Assembly: GCF_009914755.1 (NCBI RefSeq)
Contig: NC_060937.1
Reading direction: 5' to 3' (one strand)
Length of the DNA stretch: 64,000 bases
Origin: the human T2T-CHM13v2.0 reference genome, Homo sapiens
Positions 44,686-59,785 of this stretch are shown here, one piece after another. The notes below the pieces were generated by a model. It was not told the DNA's origin, did not search any database, and saw only the letters and a program-made list of their open reading frames with translations. Within the stretch, counting starts at the first letter, position 1, and every line of letters starts with the position of its first letter. The position numbers were made by a program, and so were the translations under genes.

Positions 44686-45069
44686 TATAGTCAGTAAAAA
44701 TTTTACTAAGACAAGGCTGTGGAAAATTCTAAGAATTTGTGGATATTTGTCTTGACATGTTGCTCTTCTGGATCCTGGAATCAATTTAGCTATTGTACTT
44801 GCCAAACAAGTCAGATTCCTTAGAGTTGCTTGTTGCAAGGTGTGGCAGATTGTATTCTCCAAAAGTAGCCACAGTAATATTTCTGGGGCCCATTGACAGC
44901 TGCAGCCTTTTTCCCTTCCCCTTGAAGCTGGGCAGGATTTTGTGACCGCCACAAATAGAATGTGGGAGAAAAGACACCAGACAGGACAGGACTAGGGTAA
45001 GATGAGTGAAACATTCTCACTCCTTGGATGCCATACATAGGGGATACTAAAAAACTCAGTCATAGAAAT

Positions 45070-45515
45070 TGTGAACCCAGAACATCTGAGACAGGTCTCA
45101 GTTAATTTAGAAAGTTTATTTTGCCAAAGTTGAGGACGCGCTGTGACACAGCCTCAGGAAGACATGCGCCTAAGCTGGTTGGGGCACAGTTTTTTTTTAA
45201 TACATTTTAGGGAGGACACGAGACATCAATCAATATATGTAAGAAGCACATTAGTTCGGTCTGGAAAGGCGGAACATCTTGAAGCAAGGGCAGGAAGCTG
45301 GGAGGGAGCCTGTAAGTCACAGACAGGTGAGACACAAAAGGTTGCATTCTTTTGAGTTTCTGATGAGGCTTTCCAAAGGAGGCAATCAGATATGCATCTA
45401 TCTCAGTGAGCGGAGAAATAACTTTGAATAGCATGGGAGGCAGGTTTGCCCTAAGCAGTTTCAAGCTTGAGTTTTCCTTAGTGATTTTGGGGGCCCAAGA
45501 GGTTTTCCTTTCACA
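45070..45515 (-). mobile_element. MER4A-like solo LTR (ERV1)
   Basis: TGTGAACCC...GAGACAGGTCTCAGTTAATTTAGAAAGTTTATTTTGCCAA ... TTTCCTTTCACA. Confidence 0.85.
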
Positions 45516-45740
45516 ATGGCCATGTGCTTGGAGTGGCATCTACAAGCCAAAGAATGGCAGAGATTGTGGGCAAACAGCAGAAGCTGCAGCAGGTATGGCA
45601 AGCTCCCTCCTAGCACCATCAGAGAGAGCGTAGCCCTGCTGACGCCTGATTCCCGAATGGTGAGACAATACATTTCTGTTGTTTTAATTCCCCCAGTGTG
45701 TCGTACTTTGTTATAGCAGCTGAGCAAATGAATCTAACAC
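45516..45740 (+). mobile_element. MLT1 (C/D-like) LTR 3' part
   Basis: ACAAGCCAAAGAATG...GTACTTTGTTATAGCAGC. Confidence 0.75.
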
Positions 45741-46224
45741 TTACGAGAGGAGTCTGCCCCAAGCTACCTCAGAGGCAGCTGGTCCCTCGTGTACATCTTA
45801 TAGACAAGATGGTTTTTGCTGTATTTGTGGTAACAAGTTTGACTTAGCTTGACATGCTAGCTGTGTAGATGATGAACATTTGAGACTTCATAGGTTCGGT
45901 CTGCAGCCTGACCATTTTGGAAAAGCAAAACTGCTCTTCTCTTCTGCTTTCTTTTTCCTTCTTCACTTGAAGTTCTCTAATAACAGTGTCTGACATAGAG
46001 TAAGCCCTCAATAAATGATGATTCCTTTATCCAGCCATCTACCCCTAATTTCCTTCTTTCTTCCTTCATCAGTGGGGTGGGACCTCCATCTTCTTGGTTT
46101 CCAGATATATTTGGTTTTTATTTTTAGAAACAAACTTTGCTTGAGCCTTTGGCTTAATTTCCTCTCCTCAGTCATTACTACTTCCTGTATTTCATTTCCT
46201 TTCTCTCTTCTGCTTTCTTCACTT

Positions 46225-46523
46225 TCTTTCTTTTTTTTCTTTGAGATGGAGAGTCACTCTGTCGCCCAGGCTGGAGTGCAGTGCACGATCTCGGCTCACT
46301 GCAACCTCTGTCTCCCGGTTCAAGTGATTCTCGTGCCTCAGCCTCCCAATTAGCTGGGATTACAGGCACACACCACCACACCTCCCTAATCTTTGTATTT
46401 TTAGTAGAGATGGTGTTTCACTATGTTGGGTAGACTGGTCTCAAACTCCTGACCTCAGGTGATCCACCCGCCTCGGACTCCCAAAGTGCTGAGATTCCAG
46501 GCGTGAGCCACCGTGCCTGGCCT
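46225..46523 (-). mobile_element. Alu (AluS)
   Basis: Antisense dimer; TSD CTTTCTTCACTTTCT. Confidence 0.95.
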
Positions 46524-46680
46524 CTTTCTTCACTTTCTAATGTTGGCTCTTGACTTCGTTCTCCAAGTCACACTGTTTCCTGGTGGCCTTGCCTCTGTCC
46601 TTATCTCTGTCTTCACCTTTGTTTGTCCCCCACTCACTTCCTGTTTATAATGTGTGTCTACTTATGCCATAGCTATTTGC

Positions 46681-46983
<303 letters not shown>

Positions 46984-47091
46984 TCTTTTTGTTTTTAATA
47001 AACCTTCTCCTGAAGAATAACATAGCTACCAAAAAGTGCTCAAATTATTAGTGTATAGCTTGGAGAAGTGTCACAAATGGAAAATTTCACC

Positions 47092-48585
47092 TGTTTCAGG
47101 AAAAAACTCTCACAACATGTTTTTCCTCTGTTTCTCACACCATCAAAATCAACACACAAGACTTCTGTGACCAAATGTGTGGGGGTTGCCCCATCACCAC
47201 GCAGTGAACAGGAGGTGGGTGTCCTCCGATTCAATTCCAACACTGTTTACCTGGAGGTCGCATCAGATCCCACAGGTTGATCCCACAGGCCCCCAAGACT
47301 CCCTCTGACCACCCCTTCAGACACCAGGTGCAAATCTAGGCCTCTGGAACTTCTGACTGACAGGCTTCAAGTTGGGGTTCCCATGACCCCTTCTTTGGAT
47401 TTGCCGAATTTGCAAGAATGGCTCATAGGACACTGAGAAACACTTACTTAGGTTTACCAGTTTATTATAAAGGATGTCACAAAGGATACAGATGAAGAGA
47501 TGTGCAGGGTGAGGTATGGGCAAAGGGGCATGGAGCTTCCATGCCCTCCCTGGATGCACCGCCCTCCAGATGAAACCACCTTTGCAAAATTATGACTGAG
47601 ACAGTGAAAGAGATCTAACCTAACCAACTCCATTTTGCTTCTAACCTTTAAGTTGTCTTTGTTCATTCCTGGGCATAGGCTGAACTAACTTGGGGAGGAA
47701 CTTTATAGTTGATAGTTTAAAATAAAGATGATAATAGCCCTTTCCTAAAACAGACCTCCTTGCCTGGGGACTAGATTGCCTTTGTATGACTAACAAATTA
47801 GCCACGAGATTAGAAATTATGGCTTAGGAGTCATGCCGCTGGAGACCACAAGATTCTGACCCTCCCTAACTGCTCCTAAGATCAGTGCTTGAGATACTTT
47901 GCAGACCCTGCACTTGATGGATCAGCTGGCACCACCCAGATTGATGAACTGGCTCATCTGCCCCCCATCCAGGAACTGACTCAGCACAAGAAGACAGCTT
48001 CAATTCCCTATGATTTCATCTCCTACTTAACCCATCAGCACTCCTGGCTCACTGGTTTCCCCCCACCCACCAAGTTGTCCTTAAAAACTCTGATCCCCAA
48101 ATGCCTGGGGAGGCTGATTTGAGTAATAAAACTCCGGTCTCCCACACAGCCCGCTCTGTGTGTATTACTCTTTCTCTATTGCAATTCTCCTGTCTTGATA
48201 AATCAGTTCTGTCTAGGCAGCAGGCAAGGTGAATCCAGTAGGCAGTTACACAGGAACCTGCAAGTATTCAGCTACCCAGAAGCTGTCTGAACCCAGTCCT
48301 CTTGGGTTTTTAAGGAAGCTTCAAGGGGTCAGCTTTCCTTTTCCCATGGTATTGGGTGGGACCCTCTCTAGGCTGGGTCTCATGACTCACAATCAGACAG
48401 TCAAGGAAGATTAGAGTCCTGATTGGGCCAGGTGAAAGAAGAGCAGGAGAAGGTTGGAGAGATTGTTTCCTGAAGCCTGACACACCTAACATTATAACAA
48501 AAGACTGTTAACAAGGGCTATATGAGTTATGAGCCAGGAACTGTGGATGAAAACCAATATATTTATGTGTGTAAATCACAACACC
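47092..48585 (-). mobile_element. MER21-family LTR interrupted by LTR8
   Basis: GACTTCTGTGACCAAATGTGTGGG, CATCAGATCCCACAGGTTGA, GAGTTATGAGCCAGGAACTGTGGATGAAAAC. Confidence 0.8.
47571..48250 (+). mobile_element. LTR8-like solo LTR (ERV1)
   Basis: TGAAACCACCTTTGCAAAATTATGACTGAG ... GGCAGTTACA; AATAAA near 48125; 4-bp TSD CAGA/CAGG. Confidence 0.9.
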
Positions 48586-49054
48586 ACCTTACCCAAATCA
48601 AGAAACAGAACCTTCCTAGTACCCTAGAAGCCCTCTCCTAGTCTACCTTCATCTTCTTCTCTAAAAGTAACCAAAATCCTGGTTTCAATGCCACAAATTT
48701 TTTTTTCTGCCTTGTTTGCATAAATAAAATGATATAACTATTAAATTATATTATTGTTTTTTGTTTAAGATTGTTTATGAGCTTGTTATGTTGTATGTAG
48801 TTCATTCATTTTCATAGCTGTATAATAGTCCATTGAACTAATATACCAAAATTTACTTCCAAATTCTACTATTGGCAGACACTTGGGTGGTTTCCAGTTT
48901 TGGCTCTGAGTATTCAAATCTGAGTGTTTTCAGTATATGTACCTAACATTCTTGTATATGTCTTTTGTAGTTCTTATGTATTTCTATGGGACATATCTTA
49001 GAAGTGGAATTGTTGTGTCATATGCAAAGGTTCACCATTGCTGGACATTAACAT

Positions 49055-51473
<2,419 letters not shown>

Positions 51474-52119
51474 TTATGCTACGATTAAGAAATTTAAACT
51501 TCGTTTGGTATGTTTATTGGCCTCTTAAATATCCTGTTGTGAAAAGCCTATTCAACTCATTTAAGAATTTGTGTTTTGCAATGTCTTATTAATTCTTATT
51601 AATTGATTAATAAAAATGGATCAGAATTAATTGAGATTTATTAATTCTATTAATCAAATACAATTCTTTTATTTTAGTTAGAACATTTTGTGTCCTGTTT
51701 AAAAAAAAGTTTTCCTACCTCAAAGCAATAAATATACTTTTCTATGTTATCTTTTACAAATGTAATGTTTTGCTTTTCACATATAGATCCACCTGTGAAG
51801 GTTTTTTCTATATGGGGCGAGGTAGAGGAACAGATTCACTTTTCTCCATCTGGCTGTGCAACTGACTTACCAGCATTTATTGCCCCACTATTGTTGCTGC
51901 TCAGTGTTGCTTTGTCATAAAGTAAGTTTCATTCTATATTAGATCCCCCAAGTTTTGAATGGCTGTATTATATTATAGATGCATCACCAATTAAATATCC
52001 TAAAAATTAAATATCCTAAACAATCAAACATAAACAAGAAGCCAATAAGCCTCACCTGATTTGGCTAGGTGGTATTCTAACCATAAAACTTCCAAACAAA
52101 AGGGATATGGAGGAAAAAG

Positions 52120-52300
52120 TATGGATTTAGGCCACTTATCCCAATCTTAGCTCATGCTCTTACTCATCAATAATAGTTATTTATCCCCAGTTTTCTCCTC
52201 TATAAAATAAGAATGATAATAACTATCTCAGCCAGTTGTTAGGAGGATTAGAAATATCATAGCTTAGAAGGCTTGGCACAGAGCCGGCACCCCAAAAGTC
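52120..52300 (+). mobile_element. MIR fragment
   Basis: CAGTTTTCTCCTCTATAAAATAAGAATGATAATA...GTTGTTAGGAGGATTA. Confidence 0.65.
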
Positions 52301-53156
52301 ATAGCGGTTATTAATACAGCCAAAGGTTCAGGAAGACCTCATCTCAGTTTCAGAAAGATCCTCGTTATCTTTGGAATAAAGAAAATGCTTTCGTGTGTCT
52401 ACTTTGAAGAGTTGGAGGTGGCTGAGCACAGGCTGGGACTATGAGTTTTGGCTCCCAATGGCCTTTGGCTTAAAGAACCTAACAGGACCCAAAGATAGCA
52501 TCAGTTTGAGAAAACACATGAGAATCTTCATTGCTGCCCTCATGGCCTTTCATATCAATACCAAAAACCTACTGTTTTGTGTTTTGTAGTCCTTTTCTTT
52601 TTTTTTTTTTTCTGGAGAGACGCAAAGAATATTTAGATAATATTTCTGTAATTATTTACTTAGTCTTGGTTTCTAATTTTCCTCAGAGAAAGGAAAGCAT
52701 TATTTGAAAATAAAACTAAAGTAGCATTTAAAAATCCCTAGGTGAGGACATTTTTCCAGTGGAAGTTTAGCCTCCAGATTCCCGTGTCACTATTTTTATA
52801 GTTTTCAATAGCTTTGGCCCTTCCCAGCAGACTGGGAAGGCCTGGAACATACCATAATGCTCATATTTAAGCAACAAATAAAAAAAAACCCTATTGCTGT
52901 CAAGATTGTTGGTATTGTATTAATCTTTATGTTAGAAATCTCCTTGGAAACCTAGAGGGGAATAAAGGTTCTTTACAATGGGATAGGGAACTTTAGATTT
53001 ATGATGTTTCACCAAACCATCTTTGCTTTGGGCTTTTTCACTGAGTAAATATCAAAGTTAGTAGTAAGGGCAGAAACTTGGTCCTTTTTGGACTCATTAT
53101 ATTGGAAATTGAATAAAATGACTGAAACAGAGACAGTTAAAAGGTGTCAGTTGGGT

Positions 53157-53432
53157 TTCTTTTTCTTTTTTTCTTTCTTTCTTTTTTTTTTTTTTTGTAG
53201 ACAGAGTCTCACTGTCACGCAGGCTGGAGTGTAATGGCACGATCTCGGCTCACTGCAGCCTCCACCTCCTGGGTTCAAGCGATTTCCTGCCTCAGCCTCC
53301 TGAGTAGCTGGAATTACAGGCGTGTGCCATCATGCCCAGCTGATTTTTGTATTTTGAGTAGAGATGAGGTTTCACCATGTTGGCTGGGCTGGTCTTGAAC
53401 TCCTGACCTCAGGTGATCCACCTGCCTCGGCA
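53157..53432 (-). mobile_element. Alu (AluS), 5'-truncated
   Basis: Antisense Alu; TSD TCAGTTG(G/A)GTTTCT. Confidence 0.93.
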
Positions 53433-54393
53433 TCAGTTGAGTTTCTAATCTTCATTTTTATTAATTTTATCCTGAATACAACATGAGGCATTATGGATCA
53501 GAGACAAGATTTCTTATTACAGCTCAGTAAATAATAAACATGTCACCCCCTTGCCCCATTGCTTACCCCTGGGTGACACATAAGAGACAGTGGGAATTTT
53601 CCCCGTGTTAGTAGTGGACATTCCCTAAGTGAGGGGGTAGGAAAAACTATTTGCTCTGCTTACAAAGGGAAGGAGGCAGCCACTCCTCTTGCCTTCTGAA
53701 AGGCTCTCTTTGGAAACATAAAGGGCAGAAATCCTAACTCCAGCCTTTGCCATGTAAATAAAATCTCCTCAGGTACCTGGTAGCCCCAACTGACTAGGCT
53801 TTTACACCTTACATCTAAGAAGATAAATCTCCAGTATCCCAGGCACCTTTGGAGTTAACCTAGGTGTCTATACCAGGATTTAGTCTTTTGGCCTTTGGGG
53901 AGACAAGAGATGTTTTATTTTCCTTTCAGATCAGAGCACTTAAGTAGACAAATGGCTGTGGAGCTAACTGTCATGGTGTTTGGAGAATCCCAAAAGGCCA
54001 GGGATTTTACTAAAGCATTGAGAGTGTTCCTTCCATCTGAGACATCTGCTTGCAGAAAAGGAAACAGTCAGGTGACAAGGGGCTATTTTCTCCAGTGGCC
54101 ACAGGATTGCTACAGCTAGGATGAGGGAGGAATATGATGTCTCTTGGTGGGGTGTGGTGGGGGAGATTCCCCTCCCCTCTATAACATCTTTTTATGTGCA
54201 ATTTACCAACTGTCAGTATGACACAGAGTGTCAATAGCTAATGACTATTATATATACCTATCTCCTGGGAGTCCTTTTATCCCATCTGTTTAGGTGAGTT
54301 GATTCCATTTTTCACTTTGGAAATGTGAGTGGCATCAACTTTATCTGTAGCAGAGGGAATTTGGGTTACACCTTTATTCTGTGACACTCTAGT

Positions 54394-54578
54394 TCAGGGG
54401 TTGACAGTCTTCCTCTGTAAAGAGCCAGATAGCAGATATTGTAGGCTTGGCTGTCCCTAGACAGTCTCTGTGGTATATTACTTGTTCATTTATGATGGTT
54501 AAACATGTCAAAACCTGTATAGAAGCAGGCTGCGGGCAGGCTTTGGCTGTCCAAGTTGTGCTTTGTTGATCTCTGCTC
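54394..54578 (+). mobile_element. MER58-like hAT element
   Basis: CAGGGGTTGACA...CTGTAAAGAGCCAGATAG ... TTTGTTGATCTCTG. Confidence 0.65.
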
Positions 54579-55175
54579 TAGTTACCTTCTCCTATTCTGT
54601 CCATATTTCCCATGTTCCAAACCTCCAACTTGGGGAAGGTGAAACAATCTTTATACTCATGATATTCCCTGGTTTTCAGATCAGAAAAGACAGGCAAACT
54701 ATGATGTCTGATACTTGGACTTTGTCATGGTTCTATATCAATGTCAAGTTACCTAGTCTTTGCAGCTTGATTCAAAGCTGAATTGTTTGTATTTCATGGC
54801 AGTCAGGTGGAATTTGGAAAGATATAAATATTCATAAAGATGCCATCACATTGGTGATCCAAAGACAAAGGAGTAATATAGTATCTGCTTTCTATCTTCT
54901 GAGAATTAAATCATTGTAAGCTGGGATGGAGTGACATAAAATATGCATTAAAATTATATGCTCCAAAAACATTTCATTGTAACATTTCCTTTCAATATGA
55001 CCATTTAGCCATAGTGAGAAGATATATTAGGCCAACTTATTAACCAGCATACAATTAAGAGTTCCCAAAAGATTACATTTCCAAAGCACTTATTTTTCGA
55101 TCTGTATTTGCTTTGAGGCTGGCCAGCAACTTTGAGAGACTCTCCGAAAGTCCAGGGCTAACGTCCATGGTGAAG

Positions 55176-55363
55176 CCTCCTGGGTGGCTGAGATTACAGG
55201 CATGCACCACCATGCCACCATGCCTGGCTAATTTTTGTATTTTTAGTAGAGATGAAGTTTCACCATGTTGGCCAGGATGGTCTCGAACTCCCGACCTCAA
55301 GCAATCTGCACGTTCGGCCTCCCAAAGTGCTGGGATTACAGGTGTGAGCCACCTCACCTGGGC
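55176..55363 (-). mobile_element. Partial Alu (3' part missing)
   Basis: Left arm plus part of right arm, no tail. Confidence 0.88.
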
Positions 55364-55786
55364 TTATATGGTATTTTGTGTCTTTGATTTTGAGATTCAC
55401 CCATGTTGTAGCCCGTATCAGTACTTCATTCTTTTCATGGCTGGGTAATATTCCATTGTACAGATCTACCCCATTTGATTTATCCATTCGTCAGGTAATG
55501 GACATTTGGCTTGTTTCTGCTTACTGAGTGTGATGCTGCTCTGGACATTTGCACACTGCTTTTGTGTGGACGTACATTCTCCATTCTCTTGGGTACATAC
55601 CTACATACCTAGGAGTGGCATTCCTGGGCCATATGGTAACTCTATGCTTACCTATCTGAAGAACTGCTAATTTTCCAAGCAGCCATATCAATTCTTCAAT
55701 TTCCCCACATCCTTTCTAACACTTTGGTATTGTCCATCTTTTTTATTATAGCCTTCCTAGTGACTGTGAAGTGGTTTCTCAATGTG

Positions 55787-56079
55787 TTTTGTTTTGAGAT
55801 GGGGTCTTGCTCTGTCACCCATGTTGGAGTACAGCGGTGTGATCTCGGCTCACTGCAACCTGTGCTTCTGGGGGCTCAAGTGGTCCTCCCACCTCAGCCT
55901 CCAAAGTAGCTGGGACCACAGGTGCACGCCACCATGTCTGGCTAAATTTTTGTATTTTTGGTAGAGATGAGGTTTCACCTTGATGCCCAGGCTGGTCTCA
56001 AACTCCTGGGCTCAGGCAATCTGTCTACCTCAACCTCTCAAAGTGCTGGGATTACAGGCGTGAGCCACTGTGCCTGGCC
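55787..56079 (-). mobile_element. Alu (AluJ-like)
   Basis: Antisense J-type dimer. Confidence 0.92.
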
Positions 56080-56299
56080 TCTCAGGGTGGTTTTGATTTT
56101 CATTTTTATGATGGCGAATGATGTTGAGCATCTCTTCATGTACTTACTGGCCATTTACTATCTTTTTTGGAAAAATGTCTAATCAAATTATATGTTGTTT
56201 TAAAATTAGGTTATTTTTCTTTTTATTGATGAGTTATTTATAAGAGTGCTTTATGTTTTTGGAATACAAATCCCTTATCTGATACATGATTTTCAAATA

Positions 56300-56562
56300 T
56301 TTTCTTTTCTTTTATTTTCTTTAAGACAGGTTCTCACTCTGTCACCCAGGCTGGAGTGCAGTGGTGTGATCATGGTTCACTGTAGCCTCAGCCTCCCTGG
56401 GCTTAGGTGATCCTCCCACCTCAGCCTCCTGAGTAGCTGGGACTACAGGCCTGCACCACCATACCTGGCTAATTTTTGCATTAATTTTGTTTGCTCAAGC
56501 AATCTGCCTACCTTGACCTCCCAAAGTGCTGGGATTACAGCTGTAAGCCACCATGCCCAGCC
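56300..56562 (-). mobile_element. Alu (AluJ-like) with internal deletion
   Basis: Antisense Alu missing part of left arm; TSD-like AATATTTTCT. Confidence 0.9.
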
Positions 56563-57198
56563 TGCCAATATTTTCTCCTACTCAGTGGGTTGAATTTTCA
56601 CTTTCTTGGTGGTATTTTTTGAAGCACAAAAGTTTTACATTTTGATCAACTCCAATGTACTCTTTTTTTCTTCTGTCACTTGTGCTTTTTGGTGTCATAT
56701 CTAAGAAACCATTGTCTAATCTAAGTTCATGAAGATTTCTTCTAAGGGTTTTATAGTTTTAGCTTACATTTAGATCTATGATACATAGGACTCCTCTTAT
56801 AACCACTGTAAGTTTATCAATTTGAGGAAATTTAACATTGACAAGATACTTGTATGTAATCCCCCATTCATATTTTGATTTTCTCAGTTGACCTAATAAA
56901 TTCTATAGAATTTTCTTATTTCTTTCAGTACCTGTCAGTCCAGAATTATATATACATTTAGTTATCTTGTCATTAATCTCCTTTAATGTGAAACTGTTAT
57001 CTTTCATGATATTGATATTTTTAAAGATATCCCCCCCCCCCCCGCTTCTTTTCATTAGAATGTTCCTCATTTTGTGTCTGTCTGATGTTTCCTCATGATT
57101 AGATTCACGTTATGCCTCCCCGGTCAGCCTGAAAGTGATGTTGTATTATTTTGTACTTGTGTTTAAAACAAATAATTCTTTTACAGAGTGAATAACTA

Positions 57199-57400
<202 letters not shown>

Positions 57401-57739
57401 CCACACACCTGGTTTGGTTACAGCCAGGGATAATTCTAATTTGATTCTGAGCACCTACAGTTATTGAGCATATAAATAAATGGGAAGTTGTGGGTCTTAT
57501 GATGGCTGTTCTGGTCTCTTGGCTGAATCCTCATGCCTGGGCCTAGCGCAGAAGTCTCTTTTCTGTGCTTTGTGCTAGTCTCTGTGGACTAGCTGTGTTT
57601 TTTTCTTCCTAGGTAGTAGTATTCTCTCGTCTGCATCTGATTTGATGTTTTGGTGATCGAACAATATGAAATTAAGTGACTCTATAACATGACTTGGACT
57701 ATTCAGATTTCCTTAAAACTTTTTCCATCCACTGGGAAG

Positions 57740-57878
57740 AGTATATAAATATATATCCAGTATATATATTCAATGTGTGTGTGTGTATATATATATATAT
57801 ATACACACACACACGTATATACATATACACATATATATATATTCAGTATGTATGTGTATTTTTTCAGTACATATATTC
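57740..57878. repeat. (TG)/(TA)/(CA) compound microsatellite
   Basis: Alternating purine-pyrimidine runs. Confidence 0.9.
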
Positions 57879-58923
57879 AAATGAAATACTCAGCAGACTC
57901 CAATAATCCAGGCAGATAAAAACATAACTGCTTAGTTGAATCAGACCTGACCCTACCTTCTAAACAGGAACCTGCACTTATCTCCTGCTTTAAACTGTGA
58001 ATATTTCCTGCTTGTCTCTGGGATTTTCTGAGTCTCTTTTGGCCTTTCCATCTTTAGAGGAAGTTTTATTCTTGTGGTTCAGCCTTCAGAGACAGAAATC
58101 TGGTAGAAATGAGGGGAACATTCAAAGACAGTTGTTAAGAGAGAAAATTTCTTGTTGCATGTTGGCTGAAATACATCGAGAAATATGTCAATAATGTTAA
58201 AGGAAAAAGTTGAAACTGTATCTAATTTTGGGTTTGCACTTATCTTTCCAGGAAGGAGATGAGTCTTAAAAAACAACAATCTCTACATTAACAAAAACAA
58301 CAACAACAACAAGTCGCATTAAGCAACAGCTGTTTAGGGTGAGGTATGAATATAGGACTTAAACCGTGTGATGTCTAAACTCCGTTCCATGGCCATGAGC
58401 CTGTGATGCCTGTGTTGTCTATAACCTGTCAATATTTTTCTCTCAACAATTTCCAGCTCAATAAGTGGGCGAGACAAGGTTATCAATAACAAGTTGGGTA
58501 TTAAAGGTTACCGTCTATTCACGTGATAGCTTTCCATTTCCATCATTGAATTAAGGTCTCAGTTTTTATTTAGTTAGTTTTTTAGTTTTGGTTGAAAGGG
58601 GTTTGTGTTTATGTGACTTATTTGGTTAGTGGGTTATTTTGGGGGAAAAGAGGATCTCCTTCTTTTGCTGACTTAGATAAAAAATTCTTGCCTTATGAAG
58701 GCTCTGGCTGTGCTGTTGGACTTGCTAACGTGTGGAGTACATGGCTATTTAATTGTAAAAAGTTGTCCTGAGGAAAAGCCTGTATTCTCCTCACCCAGTG
58801 ACTAGAAAGGATGGTGTACCATCAGTAGGCTGCAGAGAGAAAACCACTCTTTTGTGTTTTCCTTTCTTTCTACCAGGTGTAAATGTGTCAGGAAGTCCAG
58901 GATGGGGCTCCTAGGTTCAGCAT

Positions 58924-59785
58924 TGTTATGGGTTGAAGTGTGTCTCTTCCAAATTCATGTGCTAAAGTCTGCTATAGTTTGAGTGTATCCTTCAGAATTC
59001 ATGTGTTGTAAATTTGGCCCCTGGTGTGGTGTTGGGAGATGGGGCCTTTTTGAGGTGATTAGGTTGAAAGATGGATTAATACCACTCTTGTGGGACTGGG
59101 TTAATGCTTGTGGGACTGGGTTAATGCTTGTGGGAGTGAGTGTGTTCTTGCTTTTGAAGGACAGGATTAGTTACTGTGAGAGTGGGTTGTTATAAAGTGA
59201 AGCTGCCCCTCATGTTTTGCCCTTTCAGGCATGTGCCTGATTCCTGTTCTGCTTCTGTGCCACATTTCTGGTGAACACAAGGCCCTCACCAGAAGCCAAC
59301 CAGAGGCAGCTGCCTGATCTCGGACTTACCAGCCTCCAGAGCCATTAGCCAAAATAAACCTCTTTTCTTTTTAAATGACCCAGTTTCAGGTATTCTGTTA
59401 CAGCAACAGAGAATGGGCTAAGACAAAGTCTTAACCCTCTTTCAGAATGTGACTGTCTCTGGAGATAGAGCCTTTACAGAGATAATTAAGTTAAAATGAG
59501 GTCATTAGAGTGGACCCTAACCTAATATGACTGGTGTCTTTATAAAAAGAGGAAATTTGGATGCAGACATGTACAGAGGGAAGATGATGTCAAAACACAG
59601 GGAGAAGATGGCATCTACAAGCCAAGACCTGGAACAGATTCTTTTCTCATGGTTTTCAGAAGGAACCACCCCTGATGATATCTTGATCTCAGATTTCCAG
59701 TCTCCAAAACTATGAGACAAACATTTCAATTTTCAAGCCACCCAGTCTGTGGTACTTTTTTATGGGAGCCCTAACAAACTAATAA
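58924..59785 (+). mobile_element. MLT1B-like LTR with nested MST
   Basis: TGTTATGGGTTGAA start; resumes after the insertion with TTAACCC...GAATGTGACTG; ends CCCTAACAAACTAATA. Confidence 0.85.
58970..59425 (+). mobile_element. MST (MSTB/C-like) solo LTR
   Basis: TGCTATAGTTTGA ... GGGCTAAGACA; 5-bp TSD AAGTC. Confidence 0.88.

Larger units (their letters stand above)
55365..56785 (-). mobile_element. L1MB-type fragment interrupted by two Alus
   Basis: TGGGCCATATGGTAACTCTATG, ATGATGTTGAGCATCT, TCATATCTAAGAAACCATTG. Confidence 0.82.

Noticed and set aside
57031-57043. C13 homopolymer
   Set aside because: Simple mononucleotide run inside old L1-like sequence; no further structure.
59087-59134. 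20-bp tandem duplication CTTGTGGGACTGGGTTAATG
   Set aside because: Internal to an MST LTR, where short tandem duplications in this region are common.
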